Assembly (NCBI RefSeq): GCF_009914755.1
Contig: NC_060941.1
Origin: the human T2T-CHM13v2.0 reference genome, Homo sapiens
Direction: 5' to 3' (one strand)
Length of the DNA: 64,000 nucleotides
The translations under genes and the position numbers were made by a program. Numbering within the stretch: the first letter of the stretch is position 1; every line of letters begins with the position of its first letter. Below, piece after piece: positions 27,661-43,307 of the stretch. Below the pieces are notes generated by a model, which saw only the letters and a program-made list of their open reading frames with translations, was not told where the DNA came from and made no database searches.

Positions 27661-28245
27661 TGATAGCACAAAAATTGAAAATTGAATATTGACCTTTCTA
27701 AGGTATTGAGAAAACTTTCTACAGTCATTGGGTAAATGTAGTCTTCTGAGACAGCTACTATGATGAGCTAATGATAACCGAATGTTATTTATTAATTAAA
27801 GATGGATTTCATTTGTTGATCAAGCACTTCACGTGTTTAATTATTTAATCATTTTATTTTAACCTAGTGAGTGAACACTGTGCCAGGTGCTGGGGATACA
27901 TCTGAAAAAAGATATGACATTTATCTTGTCCTTCATGGAGCTGAAAACAAAAATTCCAAAAAGAATGAATCACTCTATGATTCTATCATTTCTATTACTG
28001 CTCTTCTCACCTTGTTCACTCATGATTTCTTTGATTTCCATGACAGCAACAGCTATCTTTTACCTGAAGGCAGTGACAACATCTTAATCATCCTGATAAT
28101 AATTGCGCTAAAATATAGCTGGATTAATATCTATATTTTGTTAAGGCTTGCTGAATGAATTAATGAATGAAACAAAATTATTCTCAGAATAACCCTACAT
28201 ATTTACATCCTTAATTTTGTTGGAGGAAAATATATACATACAGAA

Positions 28246-28308
28246 CTTATTTTAATCATTTACTGATGAGTTCTGAGGTTAGGTTGAGCTTCGTGTATAT
28301 AATGCTTT
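28246..28308. repeat. Partial copy of the 26.4-kb hairpin (inverted loop plus arm)
   Basis: 28246-28280 is the reverse complement of 26394-26428 (34/35); it continues as a direct match to 26453-26480. Confidence 0.9.
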
Positions 28309-29039
28309 CAAAATTTAAATAAAATTAATATTTCTTTAGGCTGGGATAGGTCCAATTTTACTTCTCATAGTATGTTTCTTGCCTGTATGCAGGTATAGGA
28401 TGTCTGGATATCTTTCCGATCTTACAGAGAGTCAAATGATTTCATAACTTTTGGGTTGTATATATTATAACAAGGAGATTGGCAAACCTACACTGAACTC
28501 TCACTTTTACTTTTAAATTAAATTCCAAAAATTGGCCTTGCCCATATACATTGAGAGTTTTTCCTTTGAGTATATGATAACTTCAACATATATTCAAGAA
28601 TGCTGTACAATCATTCCTTCCCCTGAGATACCCTCACCTACTTTGGGCAGGACCAGAGCTGTGCTAAGAGTACAGCTCAGGTTCTAGAGAGATGTATCTG
28701 GAGCACAAATTCCTATCCAAGGCAACTGAAGAGAGTAAGTTTGGATACGCAATCCAAAGAAGCCAGAGTAATGGATCCAAGTTAGCTCTCTGAGATCAAG
28801 AGCTGAGTACAACAAAATATCACCTCATAATATGGAGACCCACGTTCTAATCTGAGCTCGACTATTTATAATCTATGTTATATGTAACAAATGACTTAGC
28901 CACATTGAGAATCAGTGTTGTACCTTGTTGAATTTGTTAGGACAGAGGCTCCCTGTATTAGTCAACCTACTGTACCCTTCCCTGGTGAATATACCTACTT
29001 ACTATAGTTCTTCTCTTAAAACTACATAGATATTTCCAT

Positions 29040-29531
29040 TATAGCTGTGTTTTCATGTTGTATTTCTAAATCAAACATTGAAACCAACATTGATATGTAC
29101 AACCAGTAAGTACATGAAATTGTATGTCCTTTCTAGAAAATAATTTGAAAATAGCTATAAAAAACCCTTTAAAGTATGTGTACCTTTGACCCAATCATCT
29201 TAATTTTAGGAATCTTTCCTCACAGTTGCTATCAAGAGCTTTTTTATACCAGTATTTTTACTATAGTAGTATTTATAATTTGAAAAAGCAGGTACAATTT
29301 AAATTTTCAATAGAGGAAAGATGTGGATACATGACAGGAAAGTATACAGCCATCAAAATTCATGTTTTCACATAATATTTGAAAATATGTGGAAATATTG
29401 ACATATAATATTACAGGAAAATAGTTTGGTATTACAGATATTTTAATCCAAGTTTTGCTTATGTGTCTATACATTTTAAATATACATTTATGCAAATATT
29501 AAATAAGGTATATATCGAAATATTAAGGTAT
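29040..29531 (+). mobile_element. Old L1ME-like 3' region
   Basis: ctttctagaaaataatttg..aata...tacctttgaccca...ttttaggaatctttcct...atacagccatcaaaa. Confidence 0.55.
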
Positions 29532-29536
29532 GTACC

Positions 29537-29917
29537 TGTTACAGGCAGCATTGTGTCCCCCTCAGATGCATATGTGCAAGTTCCAACCCCTAGTACCTCA
29601 GAATGGTACTATTTTGAGATAAGGTCTTTAAAGAGGTAATTGATTTTAAATGAAGTCATGTGGGTGGGCCCTAATCTAATTAGACTGGAGAAGAGGAGAT
29701 CAGGACACAAACACCTAAGGAAAAGGCCATGTGAAGACATGAGGAGAAGATGGCCATCTACAAGTCAAGGGGAGAGGTCTCAGAAGAAACTAATTCTGCT
29801 GACACCTTGATCTCAGGCTTCTAGCCTCCAGAATTGTCAAAAATAAACTTCTGTTGTGAAGCCACGCTGTGATATTTTGTATTTTTTTTTTTATGGAAGC
29901 CCTAACAAACTGATATG
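29537..29917 (+). mobile_element. MLT1B-like solo LTR
   Basis: cccctagtacctcagaatg...gggtgggccctaatc...ggccatgtgaagaca..gagaagatggccatctacaag; exact 5-bp TSD GTACC (29532 / 29918). Confidence 0.85.
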
Positions 29918-31636
29918 GTACCACTGGGAAGGACTTATGAATGGCTTTTATTTCCTTTTTTATACATTTCTATGTAGCTACCAGTATTTTTATGTTGAGC
30001 TTAAACAATAGGTCCAGGCACTGTTTCCTCAGAGCCATGAGGCTTTCTTTTTCTTTTTCTTCTTGTAGAATAATTGGGTCCAGATCACACTTTTGTAAGC
30101 CGTTATCTATGTATGTATCTTCCCTACATAACTGTGAGTTTTGTTCAAATAAACTGTGTAACTCCTTTACCTAGTATTCAAATTAGCACACATTAGAGAG
30201 CCCCAGACGTTTTTGGAATGAAATGTAGACTGCACTCATTTTAAATGTGTGGAGCCTGCTCTCTCACATTTTAGGAGCAGTTTGCTCTGTAGCTGTGATG
30301 AGGATTTCTGAGTGTTCCCATCACCTCTGAAAAGCATCATTTCTCAGTGCTAAGCTGAGACTTCCCTTTATAGGGAAAAATACACTGTGTTCTTTGGGGT
30401 TCATAACAGTGTTGACTGGTTTTTGCTCCAACTTTCCATTAGGAAGTCCTCTGCTCCCACCTCTTTATAGTCTATTTTCTCTCCATCCTCCTTCCTTTCA
30501 CACACAGTCTTTGTCCACACATGGGTCAAAGAATGGGTCAAAAATACTTTTGAGCTCAATAAGAAACTGCTACATATAAAAGACTATTGATCTAAACTTC
30601 AGAGTAAAGGAGAGTAGAAGGCGAAAGAATGGGTTTCCTTGTTTATTTAGTGAGGGGAAAAAGAAAGGGAGCTGGAAAAGAAGGAGGAAGTAAGAGGACA
30701 GGTAGCAATAAATTCTCGCCTCCCTCATTTTAGCCACTTTCCAGAAGTGAAATTGGTCTATTTTTCTGGAAGGGGCAGGAAAGCCTTGGTGGTTTGAAGT
30801 CAATGCTAGCCCTTATTAACTGAATTTGTTCTTAAGAATGTCATTATTGTAAGACATCAACACTTTTTTAGTTACTTTTGAGTATTTACTAAGTCCAAGG
30901 GACATTACATATGCTACTCCTAATCCAGAAATCATCCCAGAAAAGTAGCAATATTACCCTTAAAGAACCTGCTTTCCAAAGGTTAATTTTCTTACCTGGG
31001 ATCACAGGAAAATGTCTCTGAGAGAGGCAATTGTCTTACTGAAAGTTCCTCAGATCTTCCCAAGAATGGGTTCCAACAAAAAGACATCACATTTATTGGA
31101 GGTCTAATATGACAGAAATTTCGTATACACAATATTGTTCAATTTGTTCAATGTCACTAGCAGGTAAGAGTTAGCATCATGATCTTACATGGCAGAAAGT
31201 GGAGGCTCACGAAGGTGGAGTAAACTGACAAATGAACATGATATTACAAAATGAAGCTGAGATTTAAATCTATTTCCATCTTATTCTGAAGGAAGAAGTC
31301 TAAATAAAGAATCTGAGGTTTTTATTAAATAGTAAAAGAGTACCCTCAAACAGAAAGAGAAAAAAAAAAAAAGAGTGTGGTAGGCCCTATGCTATCACTG
31401 TCTCCACTTCAAAAAATTCCTCCTGACTCAGATTAAGGGCAATCCCATATTGTTAGCATGGGAGTGAAGCTAACACACATTTTACTTTCAAGAAGTTGTG
31501 CTGCTCTGCTTTTAAATGACAGGAGAAAAGTAGAGACAAACCCAAGTCATATATTAGTAGCATCATTTTCTCAATTGCGGAGCAAATAAGAATCGGACAT
31601 TCACTGTTTTCTAGGTGATACTTTGTCTATAACTAA

Positions 31637-31850
31637 CCAGTCCAACATGGTAGCCACTGACACCATATTGTTATCTCATAGCATGAAAATTAAAATTAAT
31701 TATAATTAAATAAAGTTAAAAATATCAGTTTCTTAAATGCACCAGCCATATTTCATACATTGAATAATCACATGTGCACAATGGCTACCATATTGGATGG
31801 TGCAGGTAGGAAACATTTTTATCACTGCTGAAAGTTCTATTGGACAGAAG
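31637..31850. mobile_element. MER3 (hAT-Charlie) MITE
   Basis: gtccaacatggtagccact...aattaaataa...aatggctaccatattgga...gaaagttctattggacag. Confidence 0.75.
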
Positions 31851-32473
31851 TCATCTACATTAATAGCTTAGAAAGAATTACAGCTTCCTCTTTGCCACAG
31901 GGTATATACTACAAACAGCTATTGTGTTAAACAAAAGTTGTCTTTAGGTTCTTGCTTATTAATTAATCTCTATTTGCAAAGGATAATTTTTCAAGCTTGA
32001 CAATGAGTCCTATTGTTAGATAAATGAATTGCACGAAGTAACCCAAGCAAAAATCATGGGTCAAGACACTCATATTCATCTTTATTTGATGAAAATCACA
32101 ATCAATGAAAGAATTAAAAAACGAACAGGTAAATTATGGATATTTTACATGGCTTTCATTTATTTGTTTTTGTTTATTCTTGCAAGTAACACACATTCAG
32201 TTTCTGCTATTGATGACAGGTACTGCAGAGTGTACAAAAGAATGCTTTCAAAGTTTTCAGAATCTGGGAACAGAAATAGAGATAGACAACTTTATCTGAA
32301 ACTCAGTGAGCTAAACGCCAGAATAGCAGTATGCAGGCAATTTGTTCATAGCACGAGTTTTTTTCTGGTAGCCTGATCCCTGGCTTATCTACATAACAGA
32401 AGAGAGGGAGAGAGAGAGGGAGAGAGAGGGAGTTAGAAAGAGAGAGACAGAGAGCAGGTGCTGAACTGAGTAC

Positions 32474-32924
32474 TGTTGGAGCAAAAGGGTGACTCTCCTG
32501 CTGATTCTGTTTTCCAACCCAGATCTATATACCACCCTTCCTTGTCTTACTCTTTGCAAGGAGGGAGGCTGACCGCAATGGACTGTATCACCTGAACACT
32601 CTGGGCTTGACCATTAGAAATTACCTACAGGAAATCAAAGGTCAGGAGAGGAGAGAGGTTAGGTTTTTCTGCTCTATCTCCAGCAGGAGCTGGAACTATT
32701 ACAGTTCCCAGATCTAACTCTCAGGTGGAGCTCCACAGCCAGTCTCTTACCCTGGTGCTTTCAGCTGTCAGGCTTCCCACTATCTATTAGGTCTGAGCGT
32801 TTCATCATTTCTTTTCATTCCCTGAACTCTACCCACCCCTCTGTAAATAGTCCCTTCATGAAAGCCTCTTTATTTGAAACATCTGGAATAAATTCTGTGT
32901 CCATCTGGGACCCTGACTTAGTAC
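32474..32924 (+). mobile_element. ERVL LTR33-like element
   Basis: ggaggctgacc...tggactg.atca...caggagaggagagaggt...cccacccctctgtaaatagtcccttcat.aaa...gggaccctgact..taca. Confidence 0.6.
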
Positions 32925-33248
32925 AGCTAAGGAAGAGAACTTTGAAAGAAAGAATTGTTTTAAAAGGATTTCAAAGAGCTGGTCTTACATCATGTCCTGA
33001 TGCCTTTGGGGTTATAGGATTAAATGAAGAACTTCAATGAGGTTACAAGATTTGTATTCTATTTTCCATTTCCCTACCCTCCATTCCTGTTCCCCAGAGA
33101 TAACCTTAGTGAAGGGTTTCTGTATAGCCTTCTAAATATTCTACATTGCAGGCTTTTTGAAACACACTGAGGAAAAGGAAGTCTGTCTCCTTCTTGTTAG
33201 AGAGGAGAACAGTAGTTACCATCATAAGATTTCCTCATCTGATGGCAC

Positions 33249-33436
33249 TAGTGGTTCCCAAAAGGTGATCCCATGATGAGCAACACCAGTATCACCTGGG
33301 AACTGGTTAAATCTGCAAATGTATAGGCCTTGTACCAGACCAACTGAATCAGAACTCTGGGGGTGAGGTCCAGAACTGTGAATTTTTATTAAGCCTGCAG
33401 GTGACTGTATTGCACACTCAAGGTTGAGAACCAATG
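33249..33436. mobile_element. MER5A MITE, full length (~188 bp)
   Basis: tagtggttcccaaa...atcacctgggaact.gtta...actgaatcagaactctggggg...ttgagaaccaatg. Confidence 0.85.
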
Positions 33437-33599
33437 GGCTACACATTGCTTTTATATAGCTCTTCTGCTCACTCATCTGAGGGTCATTGCGGCCCCATAC
33501 AGAGTTGGATTACCTCAGGACACCTCATCAACTGCTTGGAGCAGCCATTGTGTGACAGTGATAGGTGAACAAATTTAAGTCACTGGGATGTAAATATTC

Positions 33600-34330
33600 A
33601 CTTCTCTGTTTACACAGGAGATTGAGAACATATCTATACTTGTATCATCATTTGTGCTCTTTTTGTGAATTACATTTTTATATCTGTTATCTAAGTTGTC
33701 ATTGTTAATATTAGGAGTCTTTTCTGTTTATCTAGAGATACATAATTTTCCTACTACGTGTTTTTCAAAAAACATTCTCCCAATCTGTTACTTGTCCTTT
33801 AACTTTTAAAATGGTTTAGTTTTAAAATAAAAACCTAAAAATTAAGTTTTTATTTTGTCAAGGCTGACAATCTAAAATTTATAGGTTCTTGGTTTCTTGA
33901 CTGGCATAGAATTGTTTCCCCTTCAAAATAATAAACATGCTCTCTAATACTTTCTCCTTTATATGTAATTATTAGTTTAGTTTTATCTTGTTTAGATCTT
34001 TATTCCATATATGAATTTACCATTGTATGATATTATTTATGGATATAAAGCCTTTATTTTGCCAAATGTTCAATGACTTATTTTATATCTTTAGATATTT
34101 CAAATTTTCTTTACTGATTTGAAATTTCACTATTATGATATACTAATTCTTTATACATAGAATGAGTTTTCCTGAGATCTCATCTTTTTGTTATTTTATC
34201 TGATAGATAAAAATTCTTTATTATTTGTCTGTCTTGACAAATATTATTTTGACTTATGTTTAAATATGATTTTTTAAATTGCCATATGCTGGTCTTTTGT
34301 TTATTATAATAATTATTTTCTTGGTAATTT
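33600..34330 (-). mobile_element. Old L1ME-like remnant
   Basis: Degenerate antisense L1 ORF2 text (ttctcccaatctgt..cttgtc.ttt; tttagatctttattccat). Confidence 0.5.
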
Positions 34331-34692
34331 AAGTTTTTCCATAGGCATATATTACAGGAAGTAGCAAATGTTCAATTCGCAATAATTCTCTTTTGTTCTT
34401 TATTGCTATTTTTTATTGCAGTTCATTTTTGTGTGCTGAATAAAATAAACACTTTATACTTTTGTGCATAGCATGTGATTATACAATTTTATTCTTTTTT
34501 TCTTTATATGTTTCCTCTATGGTCAGGGATTACTATTTTTTAATACCTTGAATTTTATTTGAATGCCTGGGAATGCTTGATTCCTTGTATTTATGAACAA
34601 AGGCCAAGTTGGATTAGCTGAGAAGTTTTTGCCAAACGTGTCTCATTAGGCTTAGTTCCTCAATTTGTAGGTTGACTTTGGGTTCTGGGTAG

Positions 34693-36147
<1,455 letters not shown>

Positions 36148-36192
36148 TTAGGGTATAAAGTCAAGAAGGAGTCTGGAAAATGTCTTAGATGC

Positions 36193-36557
36193 TGATATGG
36201 TTTGGCAGTATCCCCACCCAAATCTCATCCAGAATTGTAATCCCCATAATCCCCATGTGTTGTGGGAGGGACCCAGTGGGAGGTAATTGAATCATGGGGG
36301 CTGGTTTCCCCATGCTGTTCTCATGATATCCAGTGAGTTCCCAAGGGATATGATGGTTTAGTAAGCATCTGGCATTTCCCCTGCTGGCACCCGTTCTCTT
36401 TCCTGCTGCCCTGTAAATTGGCACCTTCTGCCATGATTGTAAGTTTTCTGAGGCCTTTCCAGCCATGTAGATCTGTGAGTCAATTAAAAACTATTTTCTT
36501 TATAAATTACCAAGTCTCGGGTATTTCTCTACAGCAAAGTGAGAATGGACTAATAAA
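36193..36557 (+). mobile_element. THE1C-like solo LTR
   Basis: tgatatggtttggc...aagcatctggcatttcccctgctggcac...gagaatggactaata; exact TSD GATGC (36188 / 36558). Confidence 0.92.
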
Positions 36558-38149
36558 GATGCCAAACTCAAAAATCTTTAATTTGCAGTGAGGGCAGGGG
36601 TTGAGCACTTTCGCACATTTAAATCTGGAGAGAGGTACCTTGTTAGAATCCTCCCTTTCCACTCATTATTTTTATTTATGAAGTTTTGAAGTCATGGTAC
36701 CTTGCTTTCCTCTTTAAAACTGAAAGCCTATGTAATGTTTCCTTCCCACCTTGCCTTCGTCAACCGCACTTGGTTTAAGAGCTTCCCTGGAAGACCTATC
36801 CTATTTGTCACAGACACACTCCTGAGGATAGAAAGTGTTTTCAACATTACAAGCTTTTCAAAGGCAGTTAATTGTGCAGACAGAATTCTAAATGTTCTAT
36901 AATACATTCGTTTCCATAAAGCAATCTATTAGGGTTATTAATTGGGATTACTTCAAAGCTATATGTTGATTGGGGAAGCAATTATCTTCTCTAGAACCTG
37001 TACTTGCCCCTGAGCTTGGAGTGTTCATTTTCTGTGTGTTTTTCTCCTGTATTTATTTTGTCTAGTGCTTTTTTCCTTTACTCTGATTTTTATAATTAAT
37101 CAAATCTCCTGGTTTTCTGATTTTTCTCAAAGTTTTTGTCTGATTATCTCCCACACTATCAAGAACTACACATCGCTCATATCTGTTAGATTTTCTGTGA
37201 GATTGTGGGATAAGAAGTAAAGGAATATGCTTAGTCTTCAATCTTGAAATAGACATCATTTGTGTCTTTACCTTTCTGAAGTTCAACCTTAGCTCCTAGA
37301 TCCCATGGTTCTCCATCTGTGCCCCTTTAGAAAAGGAGTAGAGTAACCAAGTTCAGGAACACTATTCTTAGAATATGAATCCAGCCCCTATTTGGATATC
37401 AAGGTGAACGGGGCTGACTCGTTCTGGCTCTTGTGACATGGTTGTCTTTGGCAGAATGATGAAGGAAAAGTAGAAGTCAAACACATTAACTGATAATATT
37501 TATTTAATATTTTACTCATATCATGCTATTAGATTCTTACAATAAACCTTCTAGATAAGTATCAATTGCAGTCTCATTTTACTTACGAGGAATTTTGATA
37601 AAACTGTCCAAGGTCATTCATCTAGGTTAGGGGAACTAGGAGTCATGCACATGCATTTCTAGAATCCGCATCCTGAGCTCTTTAACCTCTAGAAATGCTG
37701 CCTGGTATCAGAGAGCTTAGATTTTCTTTGCTGCCGATCTATTTTCACATTTTTTGTGCATTTTCACTCTCCTCCATTTCACCAAAACTATATTATCAGA
37801 GTTGTTGGCTCATTAATTCAGTACTTTTGATGTGGAGTTCTACAGTTCCATTCATTCCCCCGTGATACGAATGCTGGAAGTCCACGGACCACACTCTCTG
37901 GCAAGGCTTTAAGTGATTACCCAGGCTACTTTCATCATGCCTTATACAATTGAGCTTTAATAATCCCCAGAAGCTTTAGAACCCCTGGTTACCACATCTT
38001 AACCCAAAATCACTATTATCTTACTCAAGATTTCAGTCGTCTTAAAGCATTCCTAAAAATGTTGGCCTAAATTCAACAACTTTTTCTGTGTTCCCAACTA
38101 CCTCTCAGAATGACCCTAACAGGTATGTAGATGTCTTCCCCATTTTCCT

Positions 38150-38580
38150 TTAGTGGAAGCTAATTTTTGTTTCATATCATACATACCGCATGGCCTCTAG
38201 GTTCTTTTCACCGCTGTTTCAAGGCTACGTATTTTCCTACCCCCATCAAAACTTACAGATTCTTAGAGCTCCATGTCATTACAAGTTAACATTTGGTAGC
38301 CTCCCTTCTTGCTTCTGTCTACTAACCTTTATTGATTTATGAGTTCATGATGCATTGTTTTCTCTGTCACTAATTATATTCCAATCTTGATAACTTCAAG
38401 ATCCAAACAAATGATTTGCCAAACCTTAGGAGCTAGACTTCCTCTTTTAGTATTCTTTTCTGCCACCCCACTATAACCAACAACCTCTGTTGATCTAGTC
38501 ATGCAGAGTAATTGCACCTCCTCCAAAATCATGATGATAAGCATGCTCATGTCTAGATACAACCTCTGATCCTTCTGGAG
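38150..38580 (+). mobile_element. L2 internal (endonuclease-region) remnant
   Basis: cttgataacttcaagatcca (degenerate GDFNIH motif), gatctagtcat, aattgcacctcctccaaaatc. Confidence 0.45.
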
Positions 38581-40913
38581 GGTAATTATGGTAGTTAGTC
38601 TAGTCTGCAAGTTCTATGCAATGAAGGCTAAAGCACAATGTGATTCTTGCCAGAGTCAGAACACATCAAATTTAAAGAAGTGTGCAGAGTTGAAATTAGG
38701 GTGATGCAGAAAGCCAGAAAAGGAAATCCACATGGGTCATCAAAATAAATCAGTGCTCCAGAATTAGACTTCAGTGTTGGAGACTAGAAAATCTTCAATA
38801 GAGGATAATGCAAACAAAGAGCAATAGATCTGATAGGCAAACAGACAGATGCATAAATAGTGGCAAATAATCATCCAGAGGATGTTATCTCAGCTGGTTT
38901 CCATAGATGATTTGATTGATTTCAGGGGTCATGGGTTGAGCAAATACCTATCAGGGTTACCCAAGGATCAAATGCAAGTATGGCATGGATGTAGAGGAGC
39001 TTTCCAATGCAAATGCCAGTTGTTCCTGTACTCTTGATTGAAATGACCCATCTTGATCTTATACAAAGTACTAATACTGTGGGATTTCTACTTTCTCTTG
39101 AAATCAAGGCAAATTTTTTTCCTTGCTTCTTCAGTGGTTAAGAGAATTATGCAGAAACTAGCTGGGGTTGGTTAATTATTCAAACGTGATTATTATACAT
39201 AAGCAGCATATTTGTTCTGTTTCTATTTGTGCATACATATTTATTTTTTATGATCCTACTTCCCATCAGTGAAGAAAAGAGAATACAATTAGCACATCTG
39301 TCCCATTCGTTGTGACAAAATATGAACTTAAGATCTGTATGGTGATTTAGGGAAGCATATTCCTGGGAGTCCATGGTGAGCCTCATGGAATAAAATTTCA
39401 GTAATAAATACAGTTGTGGGAATCTGCATTAAAAAACAGCACTAAAAATAAGACATGAAAGAGTGCTATGGAAGCTTTTTAAAGATAATTTGAACAGAAA
39501 TAGAGCCAACCCTGGAGAGGTGGAAGATTGGGACAAATCATGTGTGGGAAGGGGGTGGAGAGAGACAGAACAAGAATGAGGCTTTTCCCTGACATATTCC
39601 AAAATATTTGAATGCTAGTACCTTGAAGGAATCATCAAAAGGCTGTTTAAGGTAGCAGGAAGGGAGGAGAAAGCAACAAAGTGTAAGCATTTTTTATAGG
39701 CAAAATATACACAAAGTCACAAAGGTTTGTATAGCTTTGGAGAAAGTAAGGAAAGGGGACATACTTAAATGTGTTGGAGCTAATTGTATTTGCTAATTTT
39801 GCTTTCAGAGCAGCCAGGAGGAGTGCCCAGAGTTAGTGCTGGGCTCTTTGCCGCCTCATAATAAAACATATATTCCTGGGAATGCAAGAATACATGCCAG
39901 ACACCCCAAGTTCTTTTTGTTATCAGATATAATTAGGAATGGGACATCTTTTGAGGTTTCTTTCAACATATATGTATTGATTGCTTTCCCTGGTGTGACT
40001 GTGACATACACTAGTAACATGCAACAAGAATTTAGGAAGGATACAAATAAACAATATTAAACCAAATAGATGTATCTTTAGATTTTACTTTCCTCTAATG
40101 CAACTGGTACTGGTCTTCCATTTGCAGTACAAATATAAATATGGTTATGAAAACAAATGTATTTACATAAAGAATGGTTTATTATTTCTAAAAATAATTA
40201 CCTATGTAATGTTAGGTTAGCCTACATCTAGGCAAAATTTGTGAAGGAGGTGCTCAAGTGACTGACATTTGGAAATCACTGAAGTATAACATGATAAGGC
40301 AGAAAGAAAAGCTGAAAATAAAAAAAAATGTGAATGCTCAGATTTGCTAATAATTGCCTGTACATTTGGGCAAGTGATTTAACCAGTATAATTAACCTCA
40401 ATTTTCTTTCTTTTATTTCCTTGAATATGAATAACTAATCACAATTTAGCTAATTAACAGTATTTTGTGAGAATTCAATGAAAAAAATATATATACATAT
40501 ATAATTGTTATCTAGTGTTATAATGTGGAGGTACTGTGGATATATCCTAAAAGGGTCCTAATTGAGTCATGCTTTTGGATAATACCCCTTATGTTGAGTG
40601 TGGCCACCATGACTTGCTTCTAAACAATCAAATATGACAAAGTGCTCCCCATATTAGGTTTGGTTCCATAAGTTCTAGCAGAGACAGAGAGAAAGAAAGA
40701 GAGAGAAAGAGATTCTCCTATTGTTCTGGAAAAAGCAAAAAGCCAAAAAGCCATGCTGTGAACTGCCTATGGAGAGGAACTTCTAGGATCTGAGGGTCAT
40801 CCCCAACCAACAGCCAATAAGAAGCTAGGGCCCTAGGGAATATAGTCACATGGAAATAAACCCTGCCCACCAACTTAATGAGCTTAGAAGCAGATTCTTT
40901 CCTAGTTGAGCAC

Positions 40914-43307
40914 TGATATCATTTGGCTGTGTCCCTACCCAAATATCATCTTGAATTTTAGTTCTCATAATCCCACATGTTGTGGGAGGTACCAGGTAGG
41001 AGGTAATTGAATCATGGCTGTGGTTACCTCCATGCTGTTCTCATAATAGTGAGTTATCACAAGATCTGATGGTTTTATAAGGGGTTTCTCCCTTCACTCA
41101 GCTCTTGTTCTTCTCCCTCCTGCCATCATGTGTAGAAGAACATGTTCGCTTCCCCTTCCACCATGATTGTAAGTTTGCTGAGGCCTCCCCAGCCATGTGG
41201 AACTGTGAGTCAATTAAATTTCTTTCCTCTATAAGTTACCCATTCTCAGGTATATTTTTATTAACAGTCTGAGAACAAACATACAGTAAATTGGTACCAC
41301 AGAGAGTGGGGTGCCTCTATAAGGATACATGAAAATGTGGAAGCAACTTTGGAACTGGGTCATAGACAGATGTTGGAACAGTTTATAGGGCTCACAAGAA
41401 AACCAGAAAATGTGGGAACTTCCGAGAGATTTGGAGGGCTCAGAAGACAGGCAGATGTGGGAAAACTTGGAACTTCCTATAGACTTGTTGAATGGCTTTG
41501 ACCAAAATTCTGATAGTGATATGGACAATGAAGTCCAGGCTGAGGTGGTCTCAGATGGAGATAAGGATCTTTTTGGGAACTGGAGAAAAGGTGATTCTTG
41601 CTATGTTTTAGCAAAGAGGCTGGCAGCATTTTGCCCCTGCCCTAGACATCTGTGGAACTTTGAACTTGAGAGAGATAATTTAGGGTATCTGGTGAAAAAA
41701 ATTTCTAAGCAGCAAAGCTTTCAAGAGGTGACTAGGGTGCTGTTAAAATCATTCAGTTTTATTTATTCACAAAGACACAGTTTGGAATTGGAACTTATGT
41801 TTAAAAGGGAAGCAGAGCATAAAAGTTCAGAAAATTTGCAGCCTGACAATGTGATAGAAAAGAAAAACCCATTTTCTGAGAAGAAATTCAAGCCTGCTGA
41901 AGAAGTTTGCATAAGTAATGAGGAGCCAAATGTTAATACAAGACAATGGGAAAAATGTCTCCAGGGCATATCAGAGATCCTCATAGCAGCCCCACCCATC
42001 ACAGGCCCTGAAGCCTAGGAGGGAAAAAATGGGGCAGACCCTGGGTTCCCCTTCTTTGTGCAGGCTGGAGACATGGTGCCCTTCATCCCAGCTGCTTCAG
42101 CTCCAGCTGTGGCTTAAAAGGGGCCAAGGTAGAGCTTGGACCATTGCTTCAGAAGATGCAAGCCCAAAGCCTTTGCAGCTACCACATGGTGTTGGTCCTC
42201 TAGGTGTGCAGGAGTTAAGAATTGAGGTCTGGAAGCTTCCATCTAGATTTCAGAGGAAGTATGAAAATGCCTGGATGTCTAGGCAAAAGTTTGCTGCAGG
42301 GGCAGAGACCTCATAGAGAACCTCTGCTAGGGCAGTGCAGAAGGGAAATGTGGGGTGGGAGCCCCCATACAAAGTCCCCACTGGGGCACTGCTTAGTGGA
42401 GCTATGAGAAGAGGGTTACCATCCTCCAGACCCTCTAGAATGGTAGATCCACCAACAGCTTATATCATACACCTGGAAAAGCTGCAGACACTCAACACCA
42501 GCCTGTGAAAGCAGCCAGGAGAGGGGCTGTACCCTGCAAAGCCACAAAGGCAGAGTTGCCCAACGTTGTGGGAGCCCACCTTGTATCAGCATGCCCTGGA
42601 TTTGAGACATGAAGTCAAATGAGATCATTTTGGAACTTTAAGTTTTAATAACTGCCCTATTGGATTTTGGACTTGCAAGAAGCCTGTAGCCCTTTGTTTT
42701 GGCCAATTTCTCTCATATGGAATGGCTGTATTTACCTAATGCCTGTAACCCCATTGTATCTAGGAAGTAACTAACTTGCTTTTGATTTTACAGGCTAACA
42801 TGGGGAGGGCACTTACCTTGTCTCAGATGAGACTTTGGACTGGGAATTTTGGTTAATGTTGGAATATATTAAGAATTTGGGGGACTATTGGGAAGGCATG
42901 ATTGTGTTTTGAAATGTGAGGACATAAGTTTTGGGAGGGTCCAGGTGTGGAATGATATGGTTTGCTGTGTCCCCACCCATCTCATCTTGAGTTGTAGTTC
43001 CCATAATCCCCACATGTCATGGGAGGGACCAGGTGGGAAGTAAATGAATTGTGGGGGCGGTTACCTCCAGGCTGTTTTTGTGATAGTGAGTGAGTTCTCA
43101 CAAGATCTGATTATTTTATAAGGAGCTTTTCCCTTTGCTCAAGTCTCATTCTTCTCTTTCCTGCCATCATGTGAAGAAGGACATGTTTGCTTCTCCTAGC
43201 ACCATGATTATAAGTTTCCTGAGGCTTCTCTAGTCATGCAGAACTGTGAGTCAACTAAACCTCTTTGCTTTATGAATTACCTATCAGCATGAGAATGGAC
43301 TAATACA
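40914..43307 (+). mobile_element. Full-length THE1D-like MaLR provirus (5' LTR 40914-41285, internal region, 3' LTR 42953-43307)
   Basis: Two THE1 LTRs; internal start gtaaattggtacc; TSD AGCAC / AGCAA. Confidence 0.93.
41410..42018 (+). pseudogene. THE1-internal gag-derived ORF remnant (202 aa)
   Basis: MWE..ELP.DLLNGFDQNSDSDMDNEVQAEVVSDGD...GDSCYVLAKRLAAFCPCPR.LWNFELERD is typical MaLR internal ORF text; downstream frames are broken. Confidence 0.8.

Noticed and set aside
32029-32376. 115-aa ORF with a hydrophobic stretch
   Set aside because: Non-ATG start; hydrophobicity explained by T-rich sequence; partly overlaps L2-like decay.
41385-41490. Internal duplication at the start of the THE1 internal region
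   Set aside because: Commonly present in THE1/MST internal consensus sequences.
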